The notes beneath the pieces are model-generated. The model was not told the DNA's origin. It saw only the letters and a program-made list of their open reading frames with translations, and made no database searches. 64,000 bases of DNA from the human T2T-CHM13v2.0 reference genome, Homo sapiens, in the NCBI RefSeq assembly GCF_009914755.1, contig NC_060929.1. One strand, 5' to 3'. The translations under genes and the position numbers were made by a program. The number at the start of each line of letters is the position of its first letter. Position 1 is the first letter of the stretch. Of this stretch, positions 62,471-64,000 are shown in pieces.

Positions 62471-62566
62471 ACCAGGACTGAATCGGAAGATCTGGGGTAG
62501 GGTCCCTCCAGGACTGAATTGGAAGATCTGGGGTAGGGTCCCCCCAGGACTGAATCGGAAGATCTA
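62471..62566. repeat. 36-bp unit x ~2.6
   Basis: CCAGGACTGAATCGGAAGATCT(GGGGTAGGGTCCC) three times. Confidence 0.85.
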
Positions 62567-64000
62567 GGAGGGTCTGGTGCTGTGCACCCCGACATTCCCT
62601 CACTACCCCACTGCCTCTCCCTGCCCTGTGGTCACCACAGCAGCCGCCTCTGCAACCTTGACCATCAGCATGCAGGTCCCAGGGCTTGGGGGTCTCCTAA
62701 CCCGTGCACCCCGACATCCCCCTCACTACCCCACCGCCTCTCCCTGGCTCTGCCTCTGCGTGGCTCCTCTCCTGCTGCCGCCAGAAGGTTTTTGTAAAGC
62801 CCGACTCAGGGCGTGCATGGCCTCTCCCTCTCCCACACGTGGGCTCCCTGTCCCCTCCAGCTCAGCAAACACACAGCGCATCCAGGAGCCACGTGGGACC
62901 ACAGTGTCCCATGGCCGGTCCCCCAGGTCCCTTGGATGTCTCACCCTGGTGAGCCCCTCGCCCCGGCTCCCTCCAGGAAGCCCCCATCTCCCCATACAGA
63001 AGGGATCTCTTCCCTCCTGAGCCATCGGTGCCTGACCCTCCCTCTCCTCTGTCGCCCCATTTGTGGCAGGTCAGCCACACCCGTGAGCCCCGGAGCTCTG
63101 TGAAGGCCGTCACGGCTCCTTATGATGGCGCCCAAACAGTGCAGGTGGCCGGAAGCTGTTCCCTGATGAAAGAAAGGAAGAGGAAAGGAGGAGGGAGGGA
63201 AGAAGGCCTTTTCTTGTCCCAAGAGACTTCTGTAGGAATTTTTGGGTGATACTGAGCATGGTAGACCCAGGTCATCTTTCCATGAGAGGGGCCAGAGTAC
63301 AGCAGGCTCAGCCGCGGTCAGGGGCTCAGGGCGCCGGGGAAGCATTCGCGTGGGCTGCCCCCACGAGCCGCCTTTGCTACCAAGACCCACTCTTCCAGCC
63401 AAGCCTTGGGCCGGCCTTTCTTTCCCTTCGGACAAGGTCTTCAGTCCATGGAGAGGATGGCCCACCTCCTGCCCCTGCGTCAGTGTGTGGCCCCAGGGAG
63501 GAGCTGTGTGAACCTGGGAGGTGCTGGGGAGCGAGGGTGCTCCACCAAGGGAGGCAGGAGGCCAGAGACCAGCCCAGGCCAGGAGGAGCCTGGCCAGGAG
63601 TCCTACCAAAGCCACTGGACCCGGGCAGCCTCCAGTGACCCAGCCTTGGAGGGTCAGCACTGTCCCTAGGACAGATTCCACTTCGCACACAGGTCTCGCT
63701 GTCTGTGGGGGCGGCAGGCCCTGATGCCTGGGCACACGGACTGACGGCAACCCTCGGGGTGGGAGGCCCCAGATGGGACTTCCTGGCCTGCCCGGGGTGG
63801 CGGGGTTGTGGGAGAGGATGGCGCGTCTGTGCGCATGTGTGAGAGCATCAAGGATGGCATGTCTGTGAAGATGGCTTCTCCCAGCCGCGGCTGCCTTCCA
63901 TGTGTGGGCAGTGGTGGGGGAGCCATGACTGCATGGGACAGCCTTTTCCGTGTGGTTTTCCTGCCTGTGATCCCTTTCCTGGGCTGAGGAGCCTGGCTCT

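Noticed and set aside
62941-63750. 269-aa ORF (likewise the 217-aa ORF at 31466-32119)
   Set aside because: GC-rich sequence with no recognisable domain or exon structure; cannot be supported.

Overview
This is hominid (human or great-ape) genomic DNA, not microbial. It looks like the 5p15.33 segmental-duplication copy of the CCDC127-SDHA-PDCD6 locus (SDHAP3 / PDCD6P1 region); that placement is inferred from gene content. On the minus strand are an unprocessed SDHA pseudogene (exons 1 and 10-14 visible, exons 2-9 missing) and an unprocessed PDCD6 pseudogene (exons 1-3 only). On the plus strand are a 5' fragment of CCDC127 sharing the SDHA-type bidirectional CpG promoter, and a PPP4R2 retrocopy inside PDCD6 intron 2. 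Mobile DNA: a HERV-K(HML-3)/MER9 provirus in SDHA intron 11 with an SVA in its 5' LTR, an HML-2 LTR5 solo LTR, a MER4 LTR, many Alus and old L1 pieces. Tandem repeats include an ~8.1 kb 47-bp CAGCTG-core satellite (D20S16-like) with an internal inversion, a 13 x 67 bp array grown from the proviral pol gene, and several VNTRs. No intact conventional protein-coding gene is supported. The most notable observations are the circularly permuted gene order relative to the parent locus, the satellite architecture (one domain is nearly stop-free in all three plus frames), nested target-site duplications around the SVA, and a fossilised alternative splice form in the PPP4R2 retrocopy. All counts and coordinates were read by eye.
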